This document shows positions 23,546 to 37,180 of a stretch of DNA of 64,000 nt, piece by piece; position 1 is the stretch's first letter, and each line of letters begins with the position of its first letter. The stretch is taken from positions 95,902,925 to 95,966,924 of the forward strand of contig NC_068987.1 in the NCBI RefSeq assembly GCF_001194135.2. The letters run 5' to 3'. Position numbers and translations under genes: made by a program. The notes under the pieces are model-generated. The model was not told the origin of the DNA. It saw only the letters and a list, made by a program, of their open reading frames with translations, and did not search any database. This stretch comes from Octopus bimaculoides. Taxonomy: Eukaryota.

Positions 23546-25093
23546 ACTCAGGGTTGCAGCTCTGTCAAAGTGATAAACTGTTAAAAAAAGTTATTTATTG
23601 AATGCTACCCATATCTGTTCACTGTTTAGGAATACTTTGCAGGAAGTGCAGTCACAGCTGCACTATCTGTGTATCAGTTGATTATATTGACCTCATTAAA
23701 ATGATAAGTAAAGTCTACAACTGCAAGATTCAAAATCAAAATGTACAAAAAGGTAATTAAATTCGCTTCTGTAACAAAATACAGTATAGCATTTGGTTAA
23801 CTGTTCTACTGATTCTGCTTTCCACCACTATTGATAATAACAACAACAACAATAATAATAATGATGATGATGATGATGATGATCCTTTCTACTATAAGCA
23901 CAAGGCCTGAAATTTTCAGGGAGGGAACTAGTCGATTATATCAACTCCAGCACTCAACTGGTACTTCTTTCATTGACCATGAAAGGATGAGAAGCAAAAT
24001 CAACTACAGCAGAACTTGAACTCAAAACATAATGCTGGAAGAGAAGCTATGAAGTATTTTGTCTCGCGTACTAGTGATTCTGCAAGCTCACAACCTTCGT
24101 AATAATAATAATGTTTTCATTATTAATCACCAAGAGTTGACAAAAACATTGAGGTCAGTAATGAAAAAGCAGGTAAAAAAATAAAAAAATAACAGAAACA
24201 AAGAATTCCTCAAAAGGAAACATTGGAGGGCCTTTAGTGGAAACACACAAAACAATGATTACTCTGACAACTAAGGTGAATGTCCTCTCCTAATTATCCT
24301 CTAATCTGAAGATGTATGCTCAGAATAGGACCCATTCACTTGGACCGTGTTTACCACTCTCATCCACCTTTCAACAAATTTGCTGGAAGCAGTACTTCTC
24401 TCTCCATCCTCACTTTCTTTTTCAAGAGTAACATGAACAAATTGATGAAAGCTTGACCAAGGAGGAAGGTGTGTGCCTTCATCATTTTTAGTACTGTCCA
24501 TACTCAATCTAGCAAAACAAATAGAATGAAAACTCCCTCACTTGAAAAACATGTAAGATTTAGCAACAGGAAGAACATCCAACTGTAAAACAATACCTCA
24601 GTTATTTCTATTCCAGCCACATCATTGTTTAATGTTAATATCATCATTGTTTAACATTCGCCTTCCATTCTTGCATGGGTTGGACGGTTTAACAGGAGCT
24701 GCCCTTCTTAACACCAACCACCCAGTCGAGTGGACAGAGTGCTTTTTCATGGTACAAGCACAAGTGAGGTTAGTCTTGGCATGGTTTTACAGCTAGATGC
24801 CCTTCCAGATACCAACCACTTTCCAGTGTAGACTGGATACTTTTTGCATAGAATGGAAAAATAGACATTAAAACCTACAAAGTATATACACAACAGGCTT
24901 CCACACAAGTTCCACCTACCAGGTTCCACTTAAAAGTATAAGGGTTAACCTGAAGCTATATTAGAACTGGATGTTGTAAAGAAAGCTTCGTAACCCCAGT
25001 CATGTTTGTGTCCAGATTAAGATCAAACTCTGAAACTTGTGGTTGTGAAGCAAACTTCATAGCCCCACAAACATGACTCTTTCTCTTTCTTTC

Positions 25094-25273
25094 TTTTACT
25101 TGTTTCAGTCATTTGACTGCGGCCATGCTGGAGCACCGCCTTTAGTCGAGCAAATCAACCCCAGGACTTCTTTGGAAGCCTAGTACTTATTCTATCAGTC
25201 TCTTTTGCCGAACCGCTAAGTTACGGGGACGTAAACACACCAGCATCGGTTGTCAAGCGATGGTGGGGGACAA

Positions 25274-25304
<31 letters not shown>

Positions 25305-25472
25305 CACATATATACGACGGAATTCTTTCAGTTTCCGTCTACCAAATCCACTCACAAGGCTTTGGTTAGCCCAAGGCTATGGTAGAAGACACTTGCCCAA
25401 GGTGTCACACAGTGGGATTGAACCCGGGACCATGTGGTTGGTAAGCAAGCTACTTACCACACAGCCACTCCT
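25094..25472 (-). mobile_element. SINE family A
   Basis: Reverse complement of the 13745 copy. Confidence 0.85.
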
Positions 25473-25779
25473 GTTTACTTGCTTTATTTTTATTGTTAGG
25501 GCCAATGGATGAGCCTTCTTCTTCAGAATATTTTCCCCTTTTTGAACATGCATGTTGTATCAAACTCCTGGTGGGAGTGGGTACTTCTTAAATATCATGA
25601 CTTTTGAAAAGGGTCATAACACACCTTTCTTCTACTGTCTGATTATTATATTACTAACTTAACATCTACTTTTCCATGCTCACATGCGTCAGGTGGAATT
25701 TTTGAGGCACATTTTCTATGGCTGGATGTCCTTCCTATTGCCAATATCTAAGTCATATAAGAAATCTTAAGGTATTTGA

Positions 25780-26420
25780 GTGAGCCAAATCTGTCTCAAA
25801 CAGCATTCTAATAACTTCAATATTAAATTCACTAGTGAAGTCCTATACTGCAAGCATCAGATGATCATCAGCACTACACCAAACCTCATCAAAGTTTTGC
25901 CCATTTAGTACTGTACATCTTTCGCTGGCTAGCTGCTACTGCATTTCAATGACCTACTTAATATCTCATTCAGTGTTGTTTGTTAACTTCGGCACTGTCC
26001 AACATGAACCAACCACTGCTACCCACAAATCTACCTAATCCACCCATCCTCACATCCAAACCCCAATCCATGTCCTAACAGAAAGGCCTAAAAGTCTTCT
26101 GCACCCAACCTTTACTGTCTTCAGCTTTTCCCTCCACCCATTTCTTTCGTATTCTTCCCACAAATCTGCATACTTTCCTGATTTTTTGTTTTGTTCTCTT
26201 TTTTGCTTCCTATGCCATCCTATGGAACTGTCAGTTTCATGATAACTGTAAAACATGCCTACATAGACACAAGAACCAGATCAGATTTCAAAGTCATGTT
26301 AACCACTTCTGTTAGCATTGTTTGCTTCCTTTTCTCATCCAGTAACACTAGCCACCCAGCTTCCACTGCTATCATACCACAAACACTAAGAGAGACAACA
26401 CTCTTCCTATCTCTTTTCTT
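25780..26420 (-). mobile_element. Degenerate REL-endonuclease LINE (Hero/NeSL/R2-group-like) remnant
   Basis: KLTVP(stop)DG...KYADLWEEYERNGW...VKVGCR resembles the ELTVPW...KY..L...GW...EVGCRG motif. Confidence 0.55.
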
Positions 26421-26589
26421 TTGTCCTTCCTTCCTAAAATTAATACTTTTTGCACATTGTGGTCTCTAATTTTTCGTCATTTGCATGACATTGAAACTAA
26501 CCCTTCCACTAGCTGCTTAGAGTATTTGATTGTGTCTCCAAATATAGGCTGAAAACAAGAGCTCTACATCAGTTCTCAATAAGATGGAA

Positions 26590-27317
26590 GGACCTCTTCA
26601 GTTTCGCTCACAGATTTTTTTTTTTTTAATAATAAACAGTTTGAAACTTCGTATACTGGTGCAATTTTTCATGCTGAACATGGTTTACTTTCAACGTCTT
26701 TGACAAAATTTCGTATTTTAGAAGTTATTTTCTGTTAAAGTTGTCATATTTGGGTAATTTTAACCAACCAATGACGTGTATTCAGCCAAAGAAAACTACT
26801 GCTATATACGATAATAATGGAAGAGCAAGAACTTCTGGGTCATCTCTACTGAATGCCACCACTCTGTTTGATCTATTTTATTTTTGTTTACTGCCTGTGT
26901 TGCATATTACATGCTTTTTTTTTTGTTTGCTCTTCAATTGCCTTTTTGTACATTTGCATTTTCACTACTTGTACAAAGAGGCCCCAAAAAAAGCATGTAA
27001 CATGCAACACAAGCAATAAAAAATAAAATAGAACAAAGAGAGTGGTGACATTTAGTAGAGATGACCCAGAAGTTCTTGCTCTTCCATTACTATCACATAC
27101 AGCAGTAGCTTTCTTCAGCTGAATACACGTTGTTGATTGGTTAAAATTACCCAAATAGAACTTTAACATGAAATAACTTCTAAAATACGAAATTTTGTCA
27201 AAAATGTTGAAAATAAACTATGTTCAGTGTGAGAAATTACACCAGTATATGAAGTTTCAAACTTTTTAGTTTAAAAAACAATAATTTAAAAATCTGTGAG
27301 CAAAACTGAAGAGATCC
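26590..27317. mobile_element. Foldback MITE with GGA(C/T)C termini and 8-bp TSD
   Basis: About 330-bp inverted arms; AGATGGAA at 26582-26589 and 27318-27325. Confidence 0.88.
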
Positions 27318-27435
27318 AGATGGAATGGGCATGGCTGTATTGACTTTGATCATAAATCAGCTTGATTTGTCTGTATATTCACATCAAGTTCACTGGCCAT
27401 ACTGTCTATACACTGTCAACATGGTTGGAGGCATA

Positions 27436-28042
27436 GGAGTGGCTGTTTGGTAAGAAGTCTGCTTCCCAATCAGATAGTTCTGAGTTCAGTCCCACTTCAT
27501 GGCATCTTGGACAAGTGTCTTCTACTTTAGCCTCAAGTCAACCAAAACCTTGTGAAAAGATTTGGTAGATGGAAACTTAAAAAAGCTTGTCATCTATGTA
27601 TGTGTGTGTGTGCGTGTGTGTGCGTGCACGCACACACAATTTTGTGTATCTGTTTGTCCCTCATTACAGCTTGACAACCAGTGTTGGTGTATTTATGTAC
27701 TTTGCAATTTAGCAGTTCGGTAAAAGAACCCAACAGAATAAATACCAGATTTACAATAAATAAATAAATAAAAATAAAAGGACTGAAATTTCTCAAGGAG
27801 GTACCCCAGCATGGCCACAGTCTAACAACTGAAACAAGTAAAAGATAAAATATAGTCATACAGGAGTGGCTATAGGTGCAGTAGCGGCTGTGTGGCAAGT
27901 AGCTTGCTTACCAACCACATGATTCTGGGTTCAGTCCCACTGTGTGGCACCTTGTGCAAATGTTCTTCTGCTATAGTCTCGGACCAACCCAAGCCTTGTG
28001 ACTGGATTTGGTAGAAGGAAACTGGAAGAAGCCTGTTGTATA

Positions 28043-28076
<34 letters not shown>

Positions 28077-28278
28077 TGTGTTCCCCCCCCCCTGTCACTT
28101 GACAACCAATGCTGGTGTGCTTATGCCCCCAAAACTTAGCGGTTCAGCAAAAGATACCGATAGAATAAGTACTAGGCTTACAAAGATAAGTCCTGATGTC
28201 AGTTAGTTCAACCAAAGGCAGTGCTCCAGCATGGCCACAGTCAAATGACTGAAACAAATAAAAGAGCAAAAGAGTAAA
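27436..28278 (+). mobile_element. Two tandem SINE family A copies
   Basis: Heads at about 27436 and 27862. Confidence 0.8.
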
Positions 28279-28648
28279 TTACGTCTCACTCAAAAGCACA
28301 GCCCATGACCACTGACATATATTTCTACTGTCTATTCCACAAATGTAACACCAACAATTCTTTACACATACTCCCCCATCACATCTGGGAATACAGAAGA
28401 GCAGAAGTGAATTCAAAGAGTAGAACAGCTGAATCAAACACATCCTGTAATTAGCCAAAATTAACACTTACTCCCACCCTAACTCTAACCCTCATGTCAA
28501 AGGTTGAACAGACAAAAACAAATAAATACAAACTTTTTGCTTAAATAGAGGTCAAGGGTGATAAGGTAGGGGAGGAGATGGTTTGAGGGATATGGTCAGG
28601 GAATGGTACAAGAGTCAATACAGAGAGGATACATTGTGGAATTAGCAG

Positions 28649-28685
<37 letters not shown>

Positions 28686-29470
28686 CTACTCACCATTTAT
28701 AAATGGCATAGCATACACGTTCTCTGCAGTTGCCATTTTGGTATTTTCGCTAGTCTTTCTTCTTTAAATATCTGAATAAAATAAAATAAAATTAATTTGA
28801 ATTGACAGAATTCATACAAATTGACGGAGTGTTATTTTGACTAATTTACATATCTTACATAGCATAGAGCAGTGGAAAGGTTGTTATTGGAATTCCAACC
28901 ACGTTTCGTGGTTTGCTACCTCAACAGCTCCTTTATAGGATCCAGTGGTTAATAGACATCATCAGAAGGAACCATGTCCGTTTTCGGTTTCGGCTCCTAC
29001 TCCTCTACCATTTTCAGCATGGCGCCTCCCCCCTCCTTTCAGAGGTGTCTTCAGCTCTGGTGTTGAGTGCATTTCTTCTTTCTCCTTTTTTTCTTCTGTT
29101 CCCTGGCCTCTTCAATGCAGTGTCAATGGGTGTCAGCGGGCGACTGACCAACCTGCCAAATTTCCCTTTAAATGCTCGCTGGTAGGCTCTAGCAGCCAGC
29201 ACCAGCCAGTTGTCACATGACACTATCTAAACTTCATCTGACCAACGGAGGCAAAAAGGTGCATAATCTTAGCCTGTGCCCTCTCTAAACCTGCCTTCCA
29301 ATAGTGTCGTGTTAGCTTCAGTTCCAGCAGACAGAGCCGACCAGCTGTTTGGTGGTACAAGCCTTCGAACCAGGAGGAAGAGGCGCCATGAATGAGACCG
29401 CTACCTGTCAATCAGCAATGCTGCTTTTTCACCTCTACTAACAATCAAACAAGTCTAAAACAGTTGTTAC

Positions 29471-30017
29471 TTAACTCTTTAGCATTCAGGTTCTTCTGTC
29501 AAATGTGTAGTAACGCTGTGCGAATGCGTAGTCTCACGCATGCGTGCAATTCAACAACCAAACGTTCCCGCTCAATTCATTCTCTTTCTTGCTGGCCAGC
29601 AATAGAGCATGGACGTGTCAAGCAGTGTCTCCAACATTCCAACCTGGAGACAGTCTCTTTACGTGTATAGCTGTCACTCTCCATCTTTCGGACTTACACT
29701 CGACAGCTCGCTCACATCTACATAACAACGTCCCAACAACTATGCTCACACACACAGAAGCTGTAACAACAAGAGCTAATGATGTATATATTTACCACCT
29801 GAATAAATGTTGTTTAAGTTGATAGTCTGGAGTTCAGCGTTCCGTTTAATTTCTTAATTTGTGTATTACTTTGTAGCTTCAAGGTATCAATGATGTGATT
29901 GTATACTTTCAGAATGACATTGTAGGGTAGGTGTGATAGGCCAGATCAGGCCAGTCTGAACATAAAACAGGTAGAATATTGGGCCAGATATGACCAGTTT
30001 AAATGCTAAAGGGTTAA
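29471..30017 (+). mobile_element. piggyBac-type MITE interrupted by an LTR-like insert
   Basis: ttaactctttagcatt...aatgctaaagggttaa. Confidence 0.75.
29506..29846 (+). mobile_element. Diverged relative of the 52356 LTR-like element, 3'-truncated
   Basis: Shares TGTAGTAACGC start and blocks gtctca..gcatgcgtg, attcattctcttt, ccaacattccaac, aataaat..gttgatagt, gcgttccgtt in the same order. Confidence 0.65.
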
Positions 30018-30274
30018 GCAATACAATGCATTACATCATCCACACGTTTCAATTATTCTTTTAAAAATAACAGATGCAGACATGGCTGTGTGGTTAAGAA
30101 GCTGGCATAGTTGCAAGTTCCATCCCACTGTGTGACACTTTGGGCAATTGTTGTTTACAGCTTCAATGAATATTGACAAATGCCTTGTGAGTGAATGTGG
30201 CAGATGGAAACTGTAATGTTAGTAATATTAGTAATATTAGTAGCAATCAAAAGCATGAACCGTGCAGTCTAGTA

Positions 30275-30319
<45 letters not shown>

Positions 30320-30497
30320 TGTGTGTGTGTGTGTGTGTAAATATATATATATCTATAATATAATTATGGTGCTGCAAAGCATCAGCTTCACTACATATAG
30401 GAGTCAAATGAACCACTAAACCACATAGAGCTCACTTAAAACATGCATGGTGAAGGGTAAGTGGCAAATAAAAATTGATATATAGATATATATAGGC

Positions 30498-30872
30498 GCA
30501 GGAGTGGCTGTGTGGTAAGAAGCTTGCTTCCAAACCATATGGTTCTGGGTTCAGTCCCACTGTATGGCACCTTGGCCAAGTGTCTTTTACTATAGCTTTG
30601 GGCCGACCAAACCTTGAAAATGGATTTAGTAAACAGAAATTGAAAGAAGCCTGTTGTGTATATATATATATATATATATATATAAATATATACATCTATG
30701 TTTGTCCCCCCACCATCTCTTGACAACCGATGTTGGTGTGTTTATGTGCCTGTAACTTAGCGGTTCGGCAAAAGTAACTGATAGAATAAGTCCTGGAGTC
30801 GATTAGACCGACTAAAGGTGGTGCACCAGCATGGTTGCAGTCAAATGACTGGAACAAGTAAAAGAGTAAAAG
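30498..30872 (+). mobile_element. SINE family A
   Basis: Same consensus. Confidence 0.82.
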
Positions 30873-30910
30873 AATGTATACATATTTACATTATATACAT
30901 TATATATGTA

Positions 30911-31016
30911 CGAAGGGTGTATAAAAAGTCTTGAGCCTCAAAAAAACAAAACATGGTACAAGACTTCTGATGAAGGTACAAGACTTCAAGGCTCAAAACT
31001 TTCCATACACCCCTCA
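30911..31016. mobile_element. 106-bp mariner-type MITE
   Basis: About 28-bp TIRs (cgaagggtgtataaaaagtcttgagcct / aggctcaaaactttccatacacccctca); TA on both sides. Confidence 0.7.
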
Positions 31017-31575
31017 TATATGCATGTGTGTGTATAACATGATAATAGTTTTTTTTTTTTAATGTTGAAAAATTCTCCCAACTACATTTTCATTCTTATA
31101 GTTGTGCTAAGTCTAAATATCCTGTTTGCATTAAAGAAAGGTTCAAAATGGTGATGACAATATAAACAGATTATTGTGTTTGACTCATTATGAATCACCA
31201 ATGCTGTTTTTGTTACTATTGTTATCTTCAAACCTACCTGTTCAAGTATTTGAAATAGTTTTATTCACTAAATGTTCATTGAACTATACTCTTTTTCTTT
31301 ACTTTTGTTCAATTTGTTATGTTTTTCTTCTTACTTTTATTAATTTTTTTTTTTTTGCTTTTTACAGTTGTGTCACTTGTACAATGTATGTATGTATGTT
31401 TGGTAGCTATTTTGGATGTGTAAAACGTAATGTGTACAAATAATATTTTCAAAGTCTGAAAAGCAAATTTGTATTTTTTTTACTAACATCTGGGTACTTA
31501 AGGCAGGCTTTCCTTAGATAATGATTCTTTTTATAAGAATTCCAAAGGAAATTTCATTTGGTAATATTCTTTCAT

Positions 31576-31972
31576 TCTTTTACTTGTTTCAGTCATTTGA
31601 CTGCGGCCATGCTGGAGCACCACCTTTAGTCGACCCCAGGACTTATTCTTTGTAAGGCTACTACTTACTCTATCGGTTACTTTTGCTGAACTGCTAAGTT
31701 ACAGGGACGTAAACACACCAGCATTGGTTGTCAAGCGATGTTAGGGGGACAAACACAGACACACAAACATATATACACACACATATATATATATATATAT
31801 ATACAGATATACGACGGGCTTCTTTCAGTTTCCGTCTACCAAATCCACTCACAAGGCTTTGGTCGGCCCAAGGCTATGGTAGAAGACACTTGCCCAAGGT
31901 GCTACACAGTGGGACTGAACCCGAAACCATGTGGTTGGTAAGCAAGCTACTTACCACACAGCCACTCCTGTG
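31576..31972 (-). mobile_element. SINE family A
   Basis: Same consensus. Confidence 0.85.
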
Positions 31973-32029
31973 CCTACATGAATAATTTTGAAGAGAAAAC
32001 TGTTAACACACTTAGTCTGTTTTTATGAT

Positions 32030-33270
32030 CTGAGATCAAATTCTGCTGAGGTCAACTTTGCCTTTTATCCTTTTAGGGTCGATAAAATAAGTACCAGTTG
32101 AACACTGGGGTAGGAATAGTAGACTTACTCCCTCCTCTGAAATTAATAGTCTTGTGCCAAAATCCGAAACCATTATTAAGGTGGCAAGCTGATAGAATCA
32201 TTAGCACACCAGACAAAATACTTAATAGCATTTTATTCATCTTTATGCTCTGAGTTCAAATTCCACTTAGGCTTATATTGTCTTTGAACCTTTCAAGGTC
32301 GGTAAAATAAGTACCAGTTGAGTTCTGGTATCAATATAATTGACTAGCTCCCTTTCACAAAATTTCAGGCTTTGTGATTATAACAAAGGATTATCATTAC
32401 TGTTATCATTATTAAGCTGGCGCTGGGTTAACTGCTTAGCAGCATTTCATCTATCCTTAGATTCTGAGTTAAAATTCTGCTGGGGTTGATGTTGCCTTTC
32501 ATCCTTTCAGGGTCAATAGAATAATTACCAGTTGAGTACTGGAGTCGATGTAATCATCTATTTCCCTCCCCAATATTTCAGGCCTTGTGCCTATAGTAGA
32601 GAGCATTGTTAAGGTGGCAAACCGGCAGAGTTGTTAGGATGTGAGAAAAATGCTTTGTGGTATTTGTTCCAACCCATGTTCTGAGTTCAACATCTGCTGA
32701 GGTTGACTTTGCCTCTCAATTTTTTGAGGTTGATAAAACAAGTGTCTGTGGAACACTGAGGCTGACTGCCCCACATCACCACTAGAGTTTCCGGCTTTGT
32801 GCCTATAATAGAAAGGATTATTCATCATCATCATCATTCAATGTCCATTTTCATACTGGGGTTGATGTAATCAACAAGTCCCCTTCCCCAAAGTTTCAGG
32901 CCTTGTGCCTTTAGTAGAAAGATTATCATTATTATTATTACTAAGAAGGTGATGAGCTGGCAGAATCGTTAGCATGCTGGGTGAAATGCTAAGCAACATT
33001 CTGTTTGTCTTTATGTTCTGAGTTCAAATTCCACTGAGATCAGCTTTGCCTTTCATCCTTTCAGGATTGATAAAATTAGTATCAGTGGAGCATGGGGATC
33101 GATGTAATCAACTTACCCCCTACCCTGAACTTGCTGGCTTTGTGCCAAAATTTGAAACCACTAATATAATCAGTAAGGCAGCATCGGCAGAATTGGTAGC
33201 AACATTTCCTCTAGCTCCTTATGACTTGAGTTCATATTCTGTTGCGATTCATTTTGCCTTTCATCCTTAA
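32030..33270 (+). mobile_element. Stack of ~7 co-oriented SINE family C copies
   Basis: Repeated aaggcggcgagctggcagaa...ctgagttcaaattc...ccttgtgcc+(ATT)n units, degenerate. Confidence 0.8.
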
Positions 33271-34279
33271 TTAACCCAAGGTTATAATAGAATTGATTTG
33301 CACAAGGAAAACAGATGTTACAAAGCAAACTTCTTAACCATACAGTCATGTTTGTACCCTGTTTTCTTTTTCTTTTTATTTTATATGCATGCCTCTTTTA
33401 TAAAATGATAAAAAAAAAAATAAAAGGTAAAAACCAGCTGTATAAATTTCATCCTATTTATGAAAATAAAACTTAAAAACCAACAATACAAACATGAAAT
33501 AAAGTAGAAACACTAAAAAATCACATTAAGAAGTTGGTTTTAATTTATAGTAGGATAGCCAGATTTAAGTTTTATGTCAATTGAGGAACTTACGAGATTT
33601 CTATGCAACAACTAACTGTTTCCTTATATAATATGGGTGTTATTTACATAACCTTCTTCTTCCGCTAGAACTGGCAAACATTGACATTTCACTCCTAATA
33701 GCAAAAGAAGTGAAGCTGCAAGTTATAATATACTTGTCAAAAAGGTTGTTATTTCCAAATTAAGGATTTCAAAAGACTAATTGCCAGCATATTTTGTGTC
33801 AGACTATTTTACCAAACAGTTTATTAAATGGTAAAAACTTTAGTTAATAGGAGGCCTTCTTATTTAAAGAGCATGTTAAAATGATAGACTAAATGTCTTT
33901 TTCAAAATTGAAGCTGTTACTACTTGCCTAAATTATACTTTACAATAAATCATATAGAAACAAGAAGCTAGAATTATACTATTCATTTTTTTAAACTTTT
34001 TTTTTATCATGATTTGTATTTTCTGTGTGTGCATGTGTGAATGAGAGAGGGGGGGAGAGAGAGAGAGAGAGAGAGAGAGAGTGTGTACGTGCGTATGTGT
34101 GTGTGTGTGCCAGTAAATATCAACTGAAATAAATAATATAACTAAATAAAAGTACATTTATGGAACAGACATGATCCCTGACCTGTCTAAAAGGCAGTAA
34201 GAACAGACTTGGATTGCGATGACCCAAGCAAACCAAGCCAGCATGGAGACAATGATGAAGACAATATATTATTATCATC

Positions 34280-35260
34280 AAGTCAGTGAGCTGGCAGAAT
34301 TGTTGGTACACCAGGCAAAATGCTTATTGGTATTTTGTCTGTCTCTACATTCTGAGTTCAAATTCCATTGAGGATGATTTTGTTTTCATCGAAATAAGTA
34401 CCTGGCATAGTGCCAAAATTTGAAAGGATTATTAAGGTGGCAAGCTTTCAGAATCATTAGCATGCTGTCCAACCTTATATTCTGAGTTCAAATTCCACCA
34501 AGGTCGACTTTGCCTTTCATCTTTTCAAAATTAATAAAATAAGTACCAGTTGAGCGCTGGGAATGAGGCAATTGATTAACTCCCTCCCTGACAATTTCAG
34601 GCCTTGCACCTATAGTGGAAAGGATTATTATCATTACTATTGATTTAACTCAGGTTTGTTCTTATTCCTTGTAGAATTTATGTTGGGTAGCCTTAGTTAC
34701 CGACAAGCTTTCAAAAGTCTTTCAAATGCTTAAAACCCCCCTGATAATCTTTCCTATCCCTTAGAAGCAAACTTTCTGTAGAAGCTCTACAAGAAATTAT
34801 TGTTATTTACTAAGGCAGCAAGATGGCAAAATTGTTAGCACACCAGGTAAAATGCATAATGGCATTTCATACGTCTTTATGTTCTGAGTTCAAATTCTAC
34901 CGACATCGACTTTGCCTTTCATCCTTTCAGGATCAATAAAATAATTACCAGTTGAACATTGGGATCGATGTAATCAACTCATCCCTTCCCCAAAACTGCT
35001 ACCCTTGTAGAAAAATTTGAAACCATTATTATTATTATTATTATTATTATTATGATAAGGCAGCATGCTGGCAAATCATTAGTATGCCAGGCAAATTGCT
35101 TAGCAGCATTTTGTCTGTCTTCATGTTCTCAGTTCAAATTTTGCTAGGGGCAACTTTGCTTTTTATCCTTTCTGGGTCAATAAATTAAGCACCGGTTAAG
35201 TACTGGAGCCAAAGTAATTGACTTAGGCAATACCCTCAACATTGATGGTCAAAATTTGAA
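34280..35260 (+). mobile_element. Stack of ~4 co-oriented SINE family C copies
   Basis: Same units as 32030-33270. Confidence 0.8.
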
Positions 35261-35692
35261 ATAATAATGATGATAATCATCATTATTATTATTATTATTA
35301 TTATTATTTCACAAATAGCTTTCACTGCAGGACATTTCCTTCATCTTCTCTAGACAGGAAACCACAACAACAACTTTGGCATCTTCTGACTATATCTCCT
35401 CCACCTCTAACAACACTAACCAACACTGATGCTACTAAGGGGTGTTCAAATTCTTCTGGCCAGTACTGTAACATGCTTTTCCCTTCTGTTATTAATACAG
35501 TCATCACAGCAAACCAGTATCAAATGCAAGCACTCAAACCATGCAACATTTGCTCTCACTTCTTATCTTTCTCTCACTTTCTCTACCATGATGATGATGA
35601 TGATGATGCAGTCACTGCTTCATTCTATAACTCACAAATCACTGCTCAGTTGACCATCCTAAGCTTAATGTCCTCCGGGTAGGACAGAGTGG

Positions 35693-36080
35693 CACTCCGT
35701 TGCTTACGACGTCAAGGGTTCCAGTTGATCCGATCAACGGAACAGCCTGCTCGTGAAATTAACGTGCAAGTGGCTGAGCACTCCACAGACACGTGTACCC
35801 TTAACGTAGTTCTCGGGGATATTCAGCGTGACACAGTGTGACGAGGCTGACCCTTTGAATTACAGGCATAACAGAAACAGGAAGTAAGAGCAAAAGTTGT
35901 GGTGGAAGAGTACAGCAGGATTCGCCACCATCCCCTGCCAGAGCCTCGTGGAGCTTTTTAGGTGTTTTTGCTCAATAAACACTCACAACACCCGGTCTGG
36001 GAATCAAAACCGCGATCCTATGACCGCGATCCTATGACCACGAGTCCGCTGCCCTAACCACTGGGCCATTGCGCCTCCAC
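35693..36080 (-). mobile_element. tRNA-derived SINE (family B)
   Basis: Highly similar to the 48678 copy; imperfect flanking duplication aggaca(g/t)agtgg. Confidence 0.88.
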
Positions 36081-36957
36081 AGGACATAGTGGATTTAGCC
36101 ACAGACCCACAATAAACTATACCCAATGGAAGGCATTGTACTTACTTTTAAGTCCTGTACTTTTTCTATTGATCTGTTTTGCTGAACTGCTAATGTACAG
36201 GAACACAAACAAGCCAACATCAGTTGTCAAACGGTGGTGGGGACAAACACACCACACACAAGATGAGCTTCCATATTAATTCTTTCATAAGGTATTGACT
36301 GGCCCAGGACTATTAATAGAAGACACTTTCCTAAGGTGCTGCATAATGGGACTGAACCAAAGGTTACATGATTCCAAAATGAACTTCTGAAACACACGGC
36401 CTGCCTTTGTTATTCTGGCATGAAATCCATTTGCTCCATACAAATCCCAGGTCATTCAATGCACAGCACCAAACACCATTCCAAGTTTGTTTCTGTCACC
36501 TCACCTGCTTCCCCTACATTTCCTACAGATGCATACATGCACACACACACTCTCCCTCTCTCTCTCTCTCTCTCACACGCACACACACACACAACCACCA
36601 TCACAGACATTCATTTAAAACTGGTGATTCACACTACTACTACTTTGAGCAACTTTAGTGCATGTGTCTTTTCAACCAAATTCTAATAGGTGTACATATA
36701 TATGCAATGTATATGTATGATGAGTGTTCGTGTGTGTGTGTATAGGTATATGTAAAGTGAATATATATATATTTATATAAAAGTATATATACATAATGTG
36801 CATGCATGCCCCAGACACAGTAAAGTGGAAATATTCAGTTATGTCTATTTGTAAGTCTCAGTGCAAATCCTGTTGGTGTCAGTTTAGCCTTTCTTTCTTT
36901 CAGAGACATTAAGACATTGAAATAATTGTACTAGGAAAATACTGAAATCTGAGTCAT

Positions 36958-37180
36958 TTAACCCTTTAGTGTTCAGATTACTTCGCCAAATGTAATACAT
37001 ACTCATTCACATTGATTTGAATTATCCATGTATAACCTTTGTTGTTTTGATATATCAACGGTGTGATTGCTTATGTTTTGAAAGTCATTGTTAGATATAG
37101 GAGAGAGGCCAGATTTGGCCAGTTTGAACATAAAACAGGTATAAAATTTGGGGCTAGATTTGGCCAGTTTAAATGTTAAG
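36958..37180 (+). mobile_element. piggyBac-type MITE, 3' end degenerate
   Basis: ttaaccctttag start, same body. Confidence 0.65.
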
